Origin: Alphaproteobacteria bacterium UBA1908
GTDB taxonomy: Bacteria > Pseudomonadota > Alphaproteobacteria > Caedimonadales > UBA1908
DNA: 64,000 nt
Direction: 5' to 3'
Assembly (NCBI GenBank): GCA_002337525.1
Contig: DDGG01000033.1
Coordinates: forward strand, 30,221 to 94,220
Shown here in pieces: positions 26,794 to 36,046 of this stretch. The first letter of the stretch is position 1. Each line of letters begins with the position of its first letter. The notes under the pieces are model-generated. The model was not told where the DNA came from and ran no database searches. It saw only the letters and a program-made list of their open reading frames with translations. Both the position numbers and the translations under genes were made by a program.

Positions 26794-27906
26794 TTACGCC
26801 TCTGCTTCAAGCTCCTGAATCCATTTTCCGATAAGGAGGCCATTATGACGATTTAAATAGATTCCACGTGCTTTTCCGTCTATCTCAATCCCTGTATGAA
26901 CACCTAGAAATTCGTCAACTAAAGGCATACTTAACGCGGCGCCACTATGACCTTTTTGTGTTTTAGGCTCAACCTCATAAAAAACACGATGAGCAATAGT
27001 GTCACTCAATATTCCAGTTGATTGGGATAGAAAACAAGGCGTATCACCTATTGCTTTTGGATAACCTGACAACGAAACTTTAGAATCCTTAACAGATTCT
27101 TTGACTTCCCTGGGACATAAAGTTCCAAAATCCACACCCAATGGCTTTGCAAGCTTTAAAACAGCAATATCATGTTCCTGACAGTCGGATACTTGCATAT
27201 CCCATTGTGGGGGCAATATAACCTGGGTTGCACTCGTTGCTCCATTTTTTAGATTACCTGCAGCATCAAATACCTCAGGAGGAAACCCGTTCATTAGGGG
27301 CCAGAACTCAACTCTTTCAGCATAAGGAATCAAATGAGATAAATATGGATTTCCTCTAAGCCTATGGTTTAGAACAACATTATGAGCTGCTGTCAAAAGA
27401 CAGTGAGGACTCACTAAAAAAGCTGTTCCTAAACAAATCTTTCCACCTGCTTGCCCATCCTTAACCACACTGGAACGAAATAAAGAAACCAACATGCCAC
27501 GTGCCATAAAAGCAGGATCTTCAGGGTCAATGGGAGGAATCACGTAATCTTCATCCGATGAAAATGAAGACTGAAAAGCTTCTCCTACATACGTATTAAC
27601 AGAATTCGCAAGCACAGATCCCGGAAAAAGATCAAATCTAACTCTTTCATAGGTTCTGTGAACATTAACAGCCTTTGGTTTTTCAGAAATTGCCTTGAGT
27701 GCAAGGATATTAAAATGACTTAATTCATCATCATCAGTATCATCCAAAGGTAAAGATTTAAAATCAGACCTGTTAAGTGCACTTGAACTAATAGATAACT
27801 GATCAACTTGTGGATGAAGTTTTGTCTTGCCCCATTCAAATTCTCCAGTTGAAAAAGCACTGGCATAAACCTGAGAAGCTAGAAAAAAAAGGTAAAAACA
27901 CCACAT
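26794..27906 (-). CDS. Secreted trypsin-fold (S1, V8/Glu-endopeptidase-like) serine protease with ~150-aa N-terminal extension
   Basis: Signal MWCFYLFFLASQVYA. Catalytic triad contexts CLGTAFLVSPHCLLTAAHNV (His), HDIAVLKL (Asp) and TQKGHSGAAL (Ser), plus the SGYP motif. Confidence 0.8.
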   Translation of the reverse strand: MWCFYLFFLASQVYASAFSTGEFEWGKTKLHPQVDQLSISSSALNRSDFKSLPLDDTDDDELSHFNILALKAISEKPKAVNVHRTYERVRFDLFPGSVLANSVNTYVGEAFQSSFSSDEDYVIPPIDPEDPAFMARGMLVSLFRSSVVKDGQAGGKICLGTAFLVSPHCLLTAAHNVVLNHRLRGNPYLSHLIPYAERVEFWPLMNGFPPEVFDAAGNLKNGATSATQVILPPQWDMQVSDCQEHDIAVLKLAKPLGVDFGTLCPREVKESVKDSKVSLSGYPKAIGDTPCFLSQSTGILSDTIAHRVFYEVEPKTQKGHSGAALSMPLVDEFLGVHTGIEIDGKARGIYLNRHNGLLIGKWIQELEAEA

Positions 27907-27984
27907 AAAACCTTCCACAAAGGCTTTAAAAAGAAAATTTTACGCACGCTTTACCTCTTTTTTTAATACTATCTTTAGTAAAAA

Positions 27985-28284
27985 TCAATCTTTCTGATCT
28001 TGTTTTTTTAATATCTCACCCTCTGAGGCTGTTTTCTTTTGCTCTTCAACAAAAGATTTATCAATTTCCCTGTCTACAGGAAGTCTAAATTTACCCGTTT
28101 TCGGGGATTGATCTTTATAACTATCTATTATGTCTTGCGATGGACGAAGTCTTTGCTTCAAGTCAAAATAATTTCCAGTCCCCTCTTCCTTGAAGTCTCT
28201 CAAAACTTCTGCTGTTGCATTGACAGGAGCAGAAAACCCCATCAACGTTGCCACTAATGATACTCCCCCGATAAACTTATGCAT
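27985..28284 (-). CDS. Small secreted hypothetical protein (99 aa)
   Basis: ATG at 28284 preceded by AAGGGGG (the ORF runs to 28335). Signal MHKFIGGVSLVATLMGFSAPVNATA. Confidence 0.55.
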   Translation of the reverse strand: MHKFIGGVSLVATLMGFSAPVNATAEVLRDFKEEGTGNYFDLKQRLRPSQDIIDSYKDQSPKTGKFRLPVDREIDKSFVEEQKKTASEGEILKKQDQKD

Positions 28285-28340
28285 CTTTTTATCCCCCTTA
28301 TTGATTGTATTCACTGTAAAATCCTTGATCATCACTTTGA

Positions 28341-28604
28341 TTACTCTCCTTTTCTATCAAAATTACCCGATAAAAATGCGGCGATTTTTTCAATATCCGT
28401 TTTCTTTGTGATGGCATTTTCTCTCAGGTATGTAATATTTTCGTCACCAACATCACTAAGGTCAACAGCCCTGTCCAGGTCTACCTGAACTCTGACATAA
28501 TGATCTTCTGTGCCTTTAATCGATTGAAACATTGAATAATCGGTGTGATCGCTATTCATTCTCATCATATTACCAATTAAAGGCCCTGATGCATGCAGCT
28601 TCAC
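28341..28604 (-). CDS. Hypothetical protein (87 aa), no signal peptide
   Basis: ORF packed 3 nt after the upstream 303-aa gene. No recognisable motif. Confidence 0.45.
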   Translation of the reverse strand: MKLHASGPLIGNMMRMNSDHTDYSMFQSIKGTEDHYVRVQVDLDRAVDLSDVGDENITYLRENAITKKTDIEKIAAFLSGNFDRKGE

Positions 28605-28607
28605 TTT

Positions 28608-29519
28608 TTATCTTTGAAGTCTTGGAACCCGACGATCTCTGTAAGAGCGTCCTGAACGCACAGGAGGAATACTTTTTTGAACAGAAGACCTACTACACAC
28701 CTCGTTCCAACCTTTATCTATTAAGCGTTGGCGCTTTTGAATCTTTGATCGTAAAGCTTCATACTCTTTGTAATACTGGTTAAATTTTTCGAGAACCTCC
28801 TTTCTTTGCCTGGATAAATCTTCATACTGACCCTTGATGCGGTCAAGCTCAAATTTCCTGGAAGCAGGATCTCTTGAGTCTAAAAATGTCTCATCATCAG
28901 TTTCACCCCGTACGGCCTGAAATTTTTTCTGAAGTTTTGAAAGTCTTTCATCAAAACTTCTTTGAGCATCTTTTTCCCTGAATGTAATAGTCTCTATATC
29001 CCTGGATACTATTTTTTCCTGCTGCTTTAAAAAACCAGCGGCAATATGAACAATCAGTCTGAAAGACTTTATTTCAGCCGGACTGGACAAAAAAGCAATC
29101 CTGTCCCAGTCAAAAATAAAGTCACGTTCCACAAGATAATTCATCCATTTATATACAGGCGATTTTTGAGAAAAATGCTTTTCCTTCATGTATGACATAA
29201 CAAGATTTCTGGCACATATTGAATCGTGATTTCTGGTTAAATCTGCAACAACAAAAGAAGAAAAAATCAGGGAACCTTGTAAAGAATCCATATATGGATC
29301 AGCATCCCCTTGTAATATTGGGCAAGCTTGAGATATGCGTGGGCTCGGCCTTACTGTTATTTGTTGTCTTTGAACTTTTGGAGATTTTTGTGATAAACCG
29401 GCAGATGAGGATGAAGAAGAAGACAAATCATCATCAGTCAAAGAAGCCAGACCCGACGCAGAAACATGACACACCGAGAACAGACTCATCATCAGGAAAA
29501 ATTTCATAAAAACCAACAT
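28608..29519 (-). CDS. Secreted hypothetical protein (303 aa) with poly-Ser tract and coiled-coil C-terminus
   Basis: Signal MKFFLMMSLFSVCHVSA, SSSSSSS run, and a K/E/R-rich helical C-terminal third. Confidence 0.6.
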   Translation of the reverse strand: MLVFMKFFLMMSLFSVCHVSASGLASLTDDDLSSSSSSSAGLSQKSPKVQRQQITVRPSPRISQACPILQGDADPYMDSLQGSLIFSSFVVADLTRNHDSICARNLVMSYMKEKHFSQKSPVYKWMNYLVERDFIFDWDRIAFLSSPAEIKSFRLIVHIAAGFLKQQEKIVSRDIETITFREKDAQRSFDERLSKLQKKFQAVRGETDDETFLDSRDPASRKFELDRIKGQYEDLSRQRKEVLEKFNQYYKEYEALRSKIQKRQRLIDKGWNEVCSRSSVQKSIPPVRSGRSYRDRRVPRLQR

Positions 29520-29692
29520 ATTAGATCATCCGAATCATTTAAAGCCTGGCAACTTTTGTTGTATAAAACAATTTTTTCCAAATTGTCAAGGAAGCCTCTT
29601 TCATTAAAAATATTGTTCCTTACTCTACTAATAAAAAAAATAAATAAATATCAATTGTTTATTTCTCAGGAATAAAAAACTTATAGCACGTT

Positions 29693-31003
29693 TCAAAGAG
29701 GAGATAAAGAAAGGGCAGGAAATTGAAGTCTGAAACGATTCCTGATAACAGGACTTAATTTAACAGTTAAAAGTGTTTTTTCTTCATCAAAGTCCACCCC
29801 TAGAACCTGCCCATGAGCATGAAGCCAGGCAAGAGGGCGCCCATTATCATGGGGAAGCTGGATTTTAAAGAGTCGATGATTCTTATTAAGTTGGTGTTCA
29901 ATCATCTCGATCAGCCCTTCGACTCCCTCACCCGTTATCGCGGAAATGAGACGAGAGCGATCTGTTTCCGGCCTGAGAAAAGATCTATCAGCCACCTGGT
30001 CAATCTTGTTGCAAGCTTCAAAGAGTCCTTCCTCTACAACAGCCTCCAGGCCAAGTTCTTTCAAAACATCTAAAACGTCTTGATTTTGTGACTCGGTTTC
30101 AGGATGAGAAATATCGCGCACGTGAAGAACAAGGTCTGCTTCCAGGACCTCCTCGAGAGTTGCCCGAAAGGCGGCCACAAGCTGAGTTGGTAAGTCAGAA
30201 ATAAACCCGACTGTATCTGATAAAATAATTTCCTGCCCTGAAGGTAGTTTAAAGGCCCTCATCGTAGGATCTAACGTCGCAAACAATAAATCTTTAGCAA
30301 AAACTTTTGACTGAGTCAGACGATTAAATAGCGTTGATTTTCCTGCGTTCGTATAACCCACAAGTGCCACGATAGGGAAAGGTACTTTTCGCCGTGATTC
30401 ACGGTGAAGTTCTCTTGTTTTTTTAACCTGCGCTAATTCTTTGGATAATTTTGCGATACGATTGGAAATCAGACGACGATCAATTTCAATTTGGGTTTCT
30501 CCGGGACCTCCAATAAAACCAAGTCCCCCTCGTTGTCTTTCCAAATGAGTCCAACATCGCACAAGACGACTTTTAGCATAGTTTAAGGCAGCAAGTTCAA
30601 CCTGTAATCGACCTTCGGATGTACGCGCCCTGGCCCCAAAAATTTCAAGAATAAGACCTGTCCTGTCAACAACCTTGACTTTCCAGGCATTTTCCAGGTT
30701 TCTCTGTTGAACAGGTGTTAGACTGCCATTGACGATCGCAAGACCAATACCTTTTTCCTGAAAAATATTTGCAAGCGATTCAACAGTACCTGCACCAAAT
30801 AAAGTTGACGGCTTTGTTTGACGCAAAATAAATGTTTCGCTGTATTCCACCTCAAGATTGATCGCGTGGGCAAGGCTTATGGCTTCTTCCCGTTTGTAAG
30901 TGTAAGAATCTGAAGAGAGTTTGTTTCTTGACAGCGAGACAGGACACAAAACCGCCGTTTTCTGATCTCTAGAAAGCTTTTGACGATCTCCTGTCCCTCC
31001 CAC
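29693..31003 (-). CDS. hflX: GTPase HflX
   Basis: GTG start. HflX N-domain, G1 GYTNAGKSTLFNRLT, DTVGFI and NKID. Lies immediately downstream of hfq. Confidence 0.92.
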   Translation of the reverse strand: MGGTGDRQKLSRDQKTAVLCPVSLSRNKLSSDSYTYKREEAISLAHAINLEVEYSETFILRQTKPSTLFGAGTVESLANIFQEKGIGLAIVNGSLTPVQQRNLENAWKVKVVDRTGLILEIFGARARTSEGRLQVELAALNYAKSRLVRCWTHLERQRGGLGFIGGPGETQIEIDRRLISNRIAKLSKELAQVKKTRELHRESRRKVPFPIVALVGYTNAGKSTLFNRLTQSKVFAKDLLFATLDPTMRAFKLPSGQEIILSDTVGFISDLPTQLVAAFRATLEEVLEADLVLHVRDISHPETESQNQDVLDVLKELGLEAVVEEGLFEACNKIDQVADRSFLRPETDRSRLISAITGEGVEGLIEMIEHQLNKNHRLFKIQLPHDNGRPLAWLHAHGQVLGVDFDEEKTLLTVKLSPVIRNRFRLQFPALSLSPL

Positions 31004-31012
31004 TCTTATCGC

Positions 31013-31276
31013 TTATTCGCTTGAAGCGTCCCCTTTGTCGAGCTCTTTTTCAGCATCATACAAAGGAACCATACCAAGAGGCATGATTGTTGAGACAGCA
31101 TGTTTGTAAATTAACTGCGATTGAGAATCACGACGCAGCAAAATTGAAAAATTATCAAACCAGGTAATGATGCCCTGAAGTTTCACACCATTCACGAGAA
31201 AAATTGTTAATGGCGCTTTATTCTTACGCATTGTATTCAGAAACACGTCCTGAAGATTATTTTTATCGGAAGCCAT
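31013..31276 (-). CDS. hfq: RNA chaperone Hfq
   Basis: LQDVFLN..R....[27 protein letters not shown]...[11 protein letters not shown] (Sm1/Sm2 motifs). Confidence 0.95.
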   Translation of the reverse strand: MASDKNNLQDVFLNTMRKNKAPLTIFLVNGVKLQGIITWFDNFSILLRRDSQSQLIYKHAVSTIMPLGMVPLYDAEKELDKGDASSE

Positions 31277-31654
31277 TGTAACCCTTACTCCGCTTTATGC
31301 ATTCAGACAGTATAGTTCTGAAAAGCTGTTTAAAATATTCTTAGTTAAAACTCATTAAAAGTGACAAAATCCTACAATTAATGTCAAATTTTTTGCCACA
31401 CCTGGTAAGATAACTATGAGTGTTTAAATATTCAAGATTTTTTTCAAAAAAAATGGCCTTCATTAAAAAGAGAGCTTGCTTTATTACTATACCAGGCTTT
31501 TGCACTACACTAAAAACAATCAACTTCCTCTAGCTCTTTTAAAAGTATTTCCTCCTTAACTCCCTTTAATCATGAATTTCCCGGGATAAATTCCATATCG
31601 GCTAAGTCAATATGCATCTGAAAGTAAAAGACTTTATTCTTAAATTCTGAATCT

Positions 31655-32416
31655 TTAAACATTTTCTGGCATCAAAGAAATAATTTGAGCCATTTTTTCT
31701 GGCTTTAAACTTGCTCCTCCAACTAAAGCACCATCAACCTTTGAAAGGGCAAGAATCTCCCTGGCGTTCTTTTCATTTAAAGATCCACCATAAAGAACAC
31801 GTGCTGAATAGTTTTTACAATGACTACCGGCCAATGCTTTAATCAACATGTGTGTTTCCTCAATATCCTCCAAAGTTGGTGTTTGGCCCGTTCCAATAGC
31901 CCATACAGGCTCATAGGCAAGGAGGGTATTCTCGTATGTTACAGACTTTGGCAGAGCATCCTGAATCTGCTCCTTTAAAACATTTTCAAGAGCCCCTTCT
32001 TTACGCTGGGATAACGTTTCTCCAATACAATAAATAACCGTTAACCCTTTATCATGTGCCTGCTGAATTTTCAACCGACAGATTTCGTTACTTTCCCCAA
32101 GATATGAACGCCGCTCTGAATGTCCAACAAGAACGTATGATACGCCTGTATCCGATAGCATAGCGGCACTAACTTCTCCTGTATAAGCGCCTGCATCATA
32201 GGCAGCACAGTCTTGCCCCCCCAAAGAATACCCTTTTTCGAGAAGGCGTCCCTGAAGAGCAAACAAATAGGGAAAAGGGGCACAAAAAACAATATTTCGG
32301 GCCCTTTCAGGTAACATTGGCGGGGCGACTTCCTTACCTAAGGATTCAAAATAGGAAAAACAAAAATCCAGTGTTCCATTCATTTTCCAATTAGCAATTA
32401 ATATTTTTGAGGACAC
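31655..32416 (-). CDS. tpiA: Triosephosphate isomerase
   Basis: GTG start. ANWKMNG, VGHSERR, AYEPVWAIGTG and GGASL. Confidence 0.93.
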   Translation of the reverse strand: MSSKILIANWKMNGTLDFCFSYFESLGKEVAPPMLPERARNIVFCAPFPYLFALQGRLLEKGYSLGGQDCAAYDAGAYTGEVSAAMLSDTGVSYVLVGHSERRSYLGESNEICRLKIQQAHDKGLTVIYCIGETLSQRKEGALENVLKEQIQDALPKSVTYENTLLAYEPVWAIGTGQTPTLEDIEETHMLIKALAGSHCKNYSARVLYGGSLNEKNAREILALSKVDGALVGGASLKPEKMAQIISLMPENV

Positions 32417-33168
32417 TATCTTGTCTCCTTTGCAGAAGAAGCTTTTCTAAAGTTAATCGTTACAACATTACCATCACAGGCATGGTCTTCCGGCACTTTC
32501 CTGGTGGGTGGAAAACAACGAAAAGAGCATGCACACTGATCTTCTTCATAATCAACAGATTCCAGATAGACTTCGGTAACTGTTTGATGATCAAAACGGG
32601 AGGGGTATTTCCTGCTCACGGGAAGCCACATTCCATCTCCCAGGAAACTTAATGTCACAGGATCTTTAGAAAAAATTGTGTCCTTATCAAGATCAATTAA
32701 AATTGTCTGTGTTTCAATATACAACAGAGTACATTTTTCTTTTTTAAGGTCAGATTCCAAAAAATAGTGATGACAATCTTCCTGCACGATACCGAACTCG
32801 CTGGACCTAGAGAAATCTGCCAATGACCCCTCCTCATGTGAAAAAGCATATTTTTTCAAGAAAACAGGAATCCGCTGTCCACTTGATGTCAGAATAAGAG
32901 CCGATTCACGATGTCTCGCAGGGTTTTGGTCGTCAACGGTTAAAAGCTTTTGTGTACCTTCTGGGTTAGGATCTTGTATGAATAACTTTACTTGCTCATT
33001 AAACGGTGGAAAGTCAACTTTCTCAATGCAGAGCTCACTACTCCCAGACACAAAGCCAGGAATCGTGTCCTCTTCAAAAGATCCGGAAGACCCCCAAACA
33101 AAAGAGCCTATTTGAGATAAAACACAGAGAATAAAAAGAACTTGAGAGATTAAAGTTTTGAAATACAT
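32416..33168 (-). CDS. Secreted hypothetical protein (250 aa), translationally coupled to tpiA
   Basis: Signal MYFKTLISQVLFILCVLSQIGSFVWG. Its TAG stop overlaps the tpiA GTG by 1 nt (TAGTG). Several Cys near the C-terminus. Confidence 0.6.
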   Translation of the reverse strand: MYFKTLISQVLFILCVLSQIGSFVWGSSGSFEEDTIPGFVSGSSELCIEKVDFPPFNEQVKLFIQDPNPEGTQKLLTVDDQNPARHRESALILTSSGQRIPVFLKKYAFSHEEGSLADFSRSSEFGIVQEDCHHYFLESDLKKEKCTLLYIETQTILIDLDKDTIFSKDPVTLSFLGDGMWLPVSRKYPSRFDHQTVTEVYLESVDYEEDQCACSFRCFPPTRKVPEDHACDGNVVTINFRKASSAKETR

Positions 33169-33244
33169 ATATTTTCACTAAAATTTTACCTTTCGGATCA
33201 TATAATGAATAAGGGTCAATCACAACGGTTTTTGAATAAAGAGT

Positions 33245-34345
33245 ATGAAGCATAGTGTTACTTTTGGTTTTCTAGGTGAAAAAATTCCCGACTGGGCTCT
33301 TCAAACGCTCGACCAAATGCTGGTACAGTGCTCTGGAAACCTTGCAAAAAGAATCAAAACGCCCTCTTTAAATCTATCTCTTCAAATCATGATACAGCCT
33401 GTTGACAGGGATACTTTATCTTCTCTTGCCGCGACTCCCGGACATCAGTTCTTCTTAATTGCTTTTCCGGAATCTCCACAGAAACCTTTGCCAGACATCA
33501 ACTTTACCAAAGCAGATTTAATGTTGAATCTCAATTTGAAAGACGCCAGTCAACGCCATATCAAACGGTTTGTCGAATTATTATTTGGTAACCCCTTTCA
33601 TACTCCGGACCCCCCTGAACAAGCCATGATGATGGCCCATGTCGCACGTTTGGCCTCCAGTGATTTATCTCGCCAGGTTGGAGCAGCTCTTTTCGATGCA
33701 GAAGGAGATCTTATTTCAACAGGCTATAACGAAGTCCCGAAAGCAGGAGGCGGATTCTATACAAATGAGTGTCCTTCAAACAACGATGCTCGTGATTTTC
33801 AGCTTCAGAGGAACTCCAGTTTTGATGCCAAAAAAGAGATTTATCAACAAATTTTGGCCTTTCTTAAGGAACACAAAAAGATTCCTGTACCAGATGATTT
33901 CCTTGATCAGGCCTCTCTGGAAAAAGACTTGATTGACCTTAAAGAGCACACAAATTTTATGAATATTTTAGAGTATTCCAGGAATGTCCACGCAGAAATG
34001 AGTTGTCTTATATCAGCGCTTGGCACAGGTCGTTCTGTTAAAGGCGGAAGCCTTTATACAACAACCTTTCCTTGTCACAAATGCACCAAACATCTGGTTG
34101 CTGCGGGCCTTAAGAAAGTCGTTTATCTGGATTCTTTTAATAAAAGCCGCGCCTTCGATCTTTTTGGAGACAGTATTACATTCCCTCCCCCTGAAGCAAC
34201 GCAGAAAAAAGCCCTAAACCGGGACAAGGTTGTTTTTGAATCTTTTTTAGGCGTCACCCCTCGACAATATTCATTATTTGAAGCTCTTAAGCGGGAAGAC
34301 CATAAGGAAAAAATGGTCACATGGATCCCCAGGTGGCGTCTATAA
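33245..34345 (+). CDS. Long cytidine/deoxycytidylate-deaminase-fold protein (366 aa) with extra N-terminal domain and large insert
   Basis: Zinc motifs HAEMSCL and PCHKC. VGAALFDAEGDLISTGYNEVPKAGGGFY lies about 85 aa upstream of HAE. C-terminal VVYLDSFNKSRAFDLFGDSITF...VVFESFLGVTPRQYSLF. The N-terminal ~120 aa are unassigned. Confidence 0.75.
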   Translation: MKHSVTFGFLGEKIPDWALQTLDQMLVQCSGNLAKRIKTPSLNLSLQIMIQPVDRDTLSSLAATPGHQFFLIAFPESPQKPLPDINFTKADLMLNLNLKDASQRHIKRFVELLFGNPFHTPDPPEQAMMMAHVARLASSDLSRQVGAALFDAEGDLISTGYNEVPKAGGGFYTNECPSNNDARDFQLQRNSSFDAKKEIYQQILAFLKEHKKIPVPDDFLDQASLEKDLIDLKEHTNFMNILEYSRNVHAEMSCLISALGTGRSVKGGSLYTTTFPCHKCTKHLVAAGLKKVVYLDSFNKSRAFDLFGDSITFPPPEATQKKALNRDKVVFESFLGVTPRQYSLFEALKREDHKEKMVTWIPRWRL

Positions 34346-34521
34346 GTTAAAGACTGGAGTGCATACACCAGAAGATTTTAAAAGGTCCTGACACCTCAGT
34401 CCTGTCCAGGAATAAAAAAGGGAAAGGAATGAGGCTTATACAAAGCATTTTCAGGAATGGAGCGCAGCGTATGGTAAAGACGTGAGCACCGTAAGGCTTA
34501 AAATAACGCCGTAGAAGACCA

Positions 34522-34983
34522 TTAACCTTCCTTTAGGGACCTAGCTTTTTGGCGCTGCCAATCCCGTTCTTTGATCGTTTCTCGCTTATCCGCTTTTTTC
34601 TTTCCCTTGGCCAGACCTAGTTTTACTTTGATGTATCCTTGCTTGTTAAAGTAAAGAGACAGGGGAACAATTGTGACACCCTGGCGCTGGATTCCTGAAA
34701 TTAATTTACGAATTTCTCGGGATTTTAAAAGAAGAAGTCGAGGTCGTTTGGGGTCATGGTTGAACTGATTGGCACCTTTATATTCTTCAATATTTACATT
34801 AAAAAGGTATAGCTTGCCCTGTTTTTCTGCCGCATGGGCTTCTACAATGCTGGCACGTCCATGACGCAATGATTTCACTTCACTTCCTTCAAGAACCAGG
34901 CCCGCTTCAAGAGTCTCCTCTATGAAGTAGTCATAACGTGCACGCCTATTCTCAGCGATTGTTTCTCCATTAGCCTTAAGCAT
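34522..34983 (-). CDS. smpB: SsrA-binding protein SmpB
   Basis: IAENRRARYDYFIEE, GSEVKSLR and a basic C-terminal tail. 153 aa. Confidence 0.93.
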   Translation of the reverse strand: MLKANGETIAENRRARYDYFIEETLEAGLVLEGSEVKSLRHGRASIVEAHAAEKQGKLYLFNVNIEEYKGANQFNHDPKRPRLLLLKSREIRKLISGIQRQGVTIVPLSLYFNKQGYIKVKLGLAKGKKKADKRETIKERDWQRQKARSLKEG

Positions 34984-35013
34984 TTACTTGCCTCGCGAAT
35001 AATTGTCCTTCTT

Positions 35014-35973
35014 TCATTGAGACAGAGCCTCTGGTGTTGAGGGTAAAGAAGTGTCTCCAAGACCCAAAATCGGGTTGTTTTCCAAAAAAGAAGCTATAGA
35101 ATCAAGAGCTCCCATCTCGAGTAGTTTTTGACGTAAAGCCTTTTGCCCCCCTGGTGAAAAAGGTTGCAAAGGAGATCGAATATCAGCCTGACAAAGCCCC
35201 ATATAGGACAAGCCGTCCTTAACAGGAGCGGGACTTGCCTCAGAAAAAGCAAGCCTGTACAGACTGTATAGCTCTGTTTGTAAATCAAGGGCTTCTTCTT
35301 TCTTACCTTCTTTCCACAGAAGATGAAGCCTGGCACATAGGCCTGGCACCAAATTCCCAATTGTTGAAATACACCCGTGCCCACCCTGTGCCAGAAAAGC
35401 CAGAGCTGTTCCATCGTCACCTGATAGCTGAACAAAATCAGGGCCTAGAACCTGACGCAGGGCCAAAGGGCGAGAGAGTAAATCGGTTGAGTCTTTAACA
35501 CCCACAATTGTTTCCAGCGCCGCAAGCCTGATCATTGTCTGATCTTCAATCATGGTTCCAGTACGCCCGGGATGATTATAAACAATAATTGGAAGTTCTA
35601 TTGCCGCGGCAACAGCCCTAAAATGCTCGTAAATACCATCCTGAGTTGGTTTCACATAAGGCGGGGTCACTATAAGGAGACCATCAGCCCCAAGATTTTC
35701 CGCCTGATGTGCAAGGTCAATAGCCCCGGAAGTCGTCATTGAACTTGCCCCTGCAATGACAGGGACACGTTTTCTAACAGTTTTCACAGTAACGTCAATA
35801 ACACGTGCATGTTCTTCCCGCGTCAGAGAAAAACCTTCCCCCGTACTACCGCAAACAACAAGCCCTTCTGTCCCTTCTGCAATTTGCCATTCAATGAGAC
35901 GCTGAAAAGCCTCTACATCAATGGCATCTTCCCTGAAAGGAGTTACAAGAGCGACAAAAGAGCCGGAAAACAT
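35014..35973 (-). CDS. dapA: 4-hydroxy-tetrahydrodipicolinate synthase
   Basis: GSFVALVTPF, CGSTGEGFSLT, YNHPGRTG and VGVKDS (Schiff-base Lys). About 25-aa C-terminal extension. Confidence 0.9.
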   Translation of the reverse strand: MFSGSFVALVTPFREDAIDVEAFQRLIEWQIAEGTEGLVVCGSTGEGFSLTREEHARVIDVTVKTVRKRVPVIAGASSMTTSGAIDLAHQAENLGADGLLIVTPPYVKPTQDGIYEHFRAVAAAIELPIIVYNHPGRTGTMIEDQTMIRLAALETIVGVKDSTDLLSRPLALRQVLGPDFVQLSGDDGTALAFLAQGGHGCISTIGNLVPGLCARLHLLWKEGKKEEALDLQTELYSLYRLAFSEASPAPVKDGLSYMGLCQADIRSPLQPFSPGGQKALRQKLLEMGALDSIASFLENNPILGLGDTSLPSTPEALSQ

Positions 35974-36046
35974 TTTACTTCCTTCACAAAACCTTTAAAA
36001 TCCTGATATTAACATACTGATAGTTAGGGCAAGCAGCAAGATTCAT

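Noticed and set aside
34346-34521. Possible tmRNA (ssrA) piece next to smpB
   Set aside because: No GGTTCGA-type T-arm, no CCA-ended acceptor and no tag-reading-frame features on either strand.
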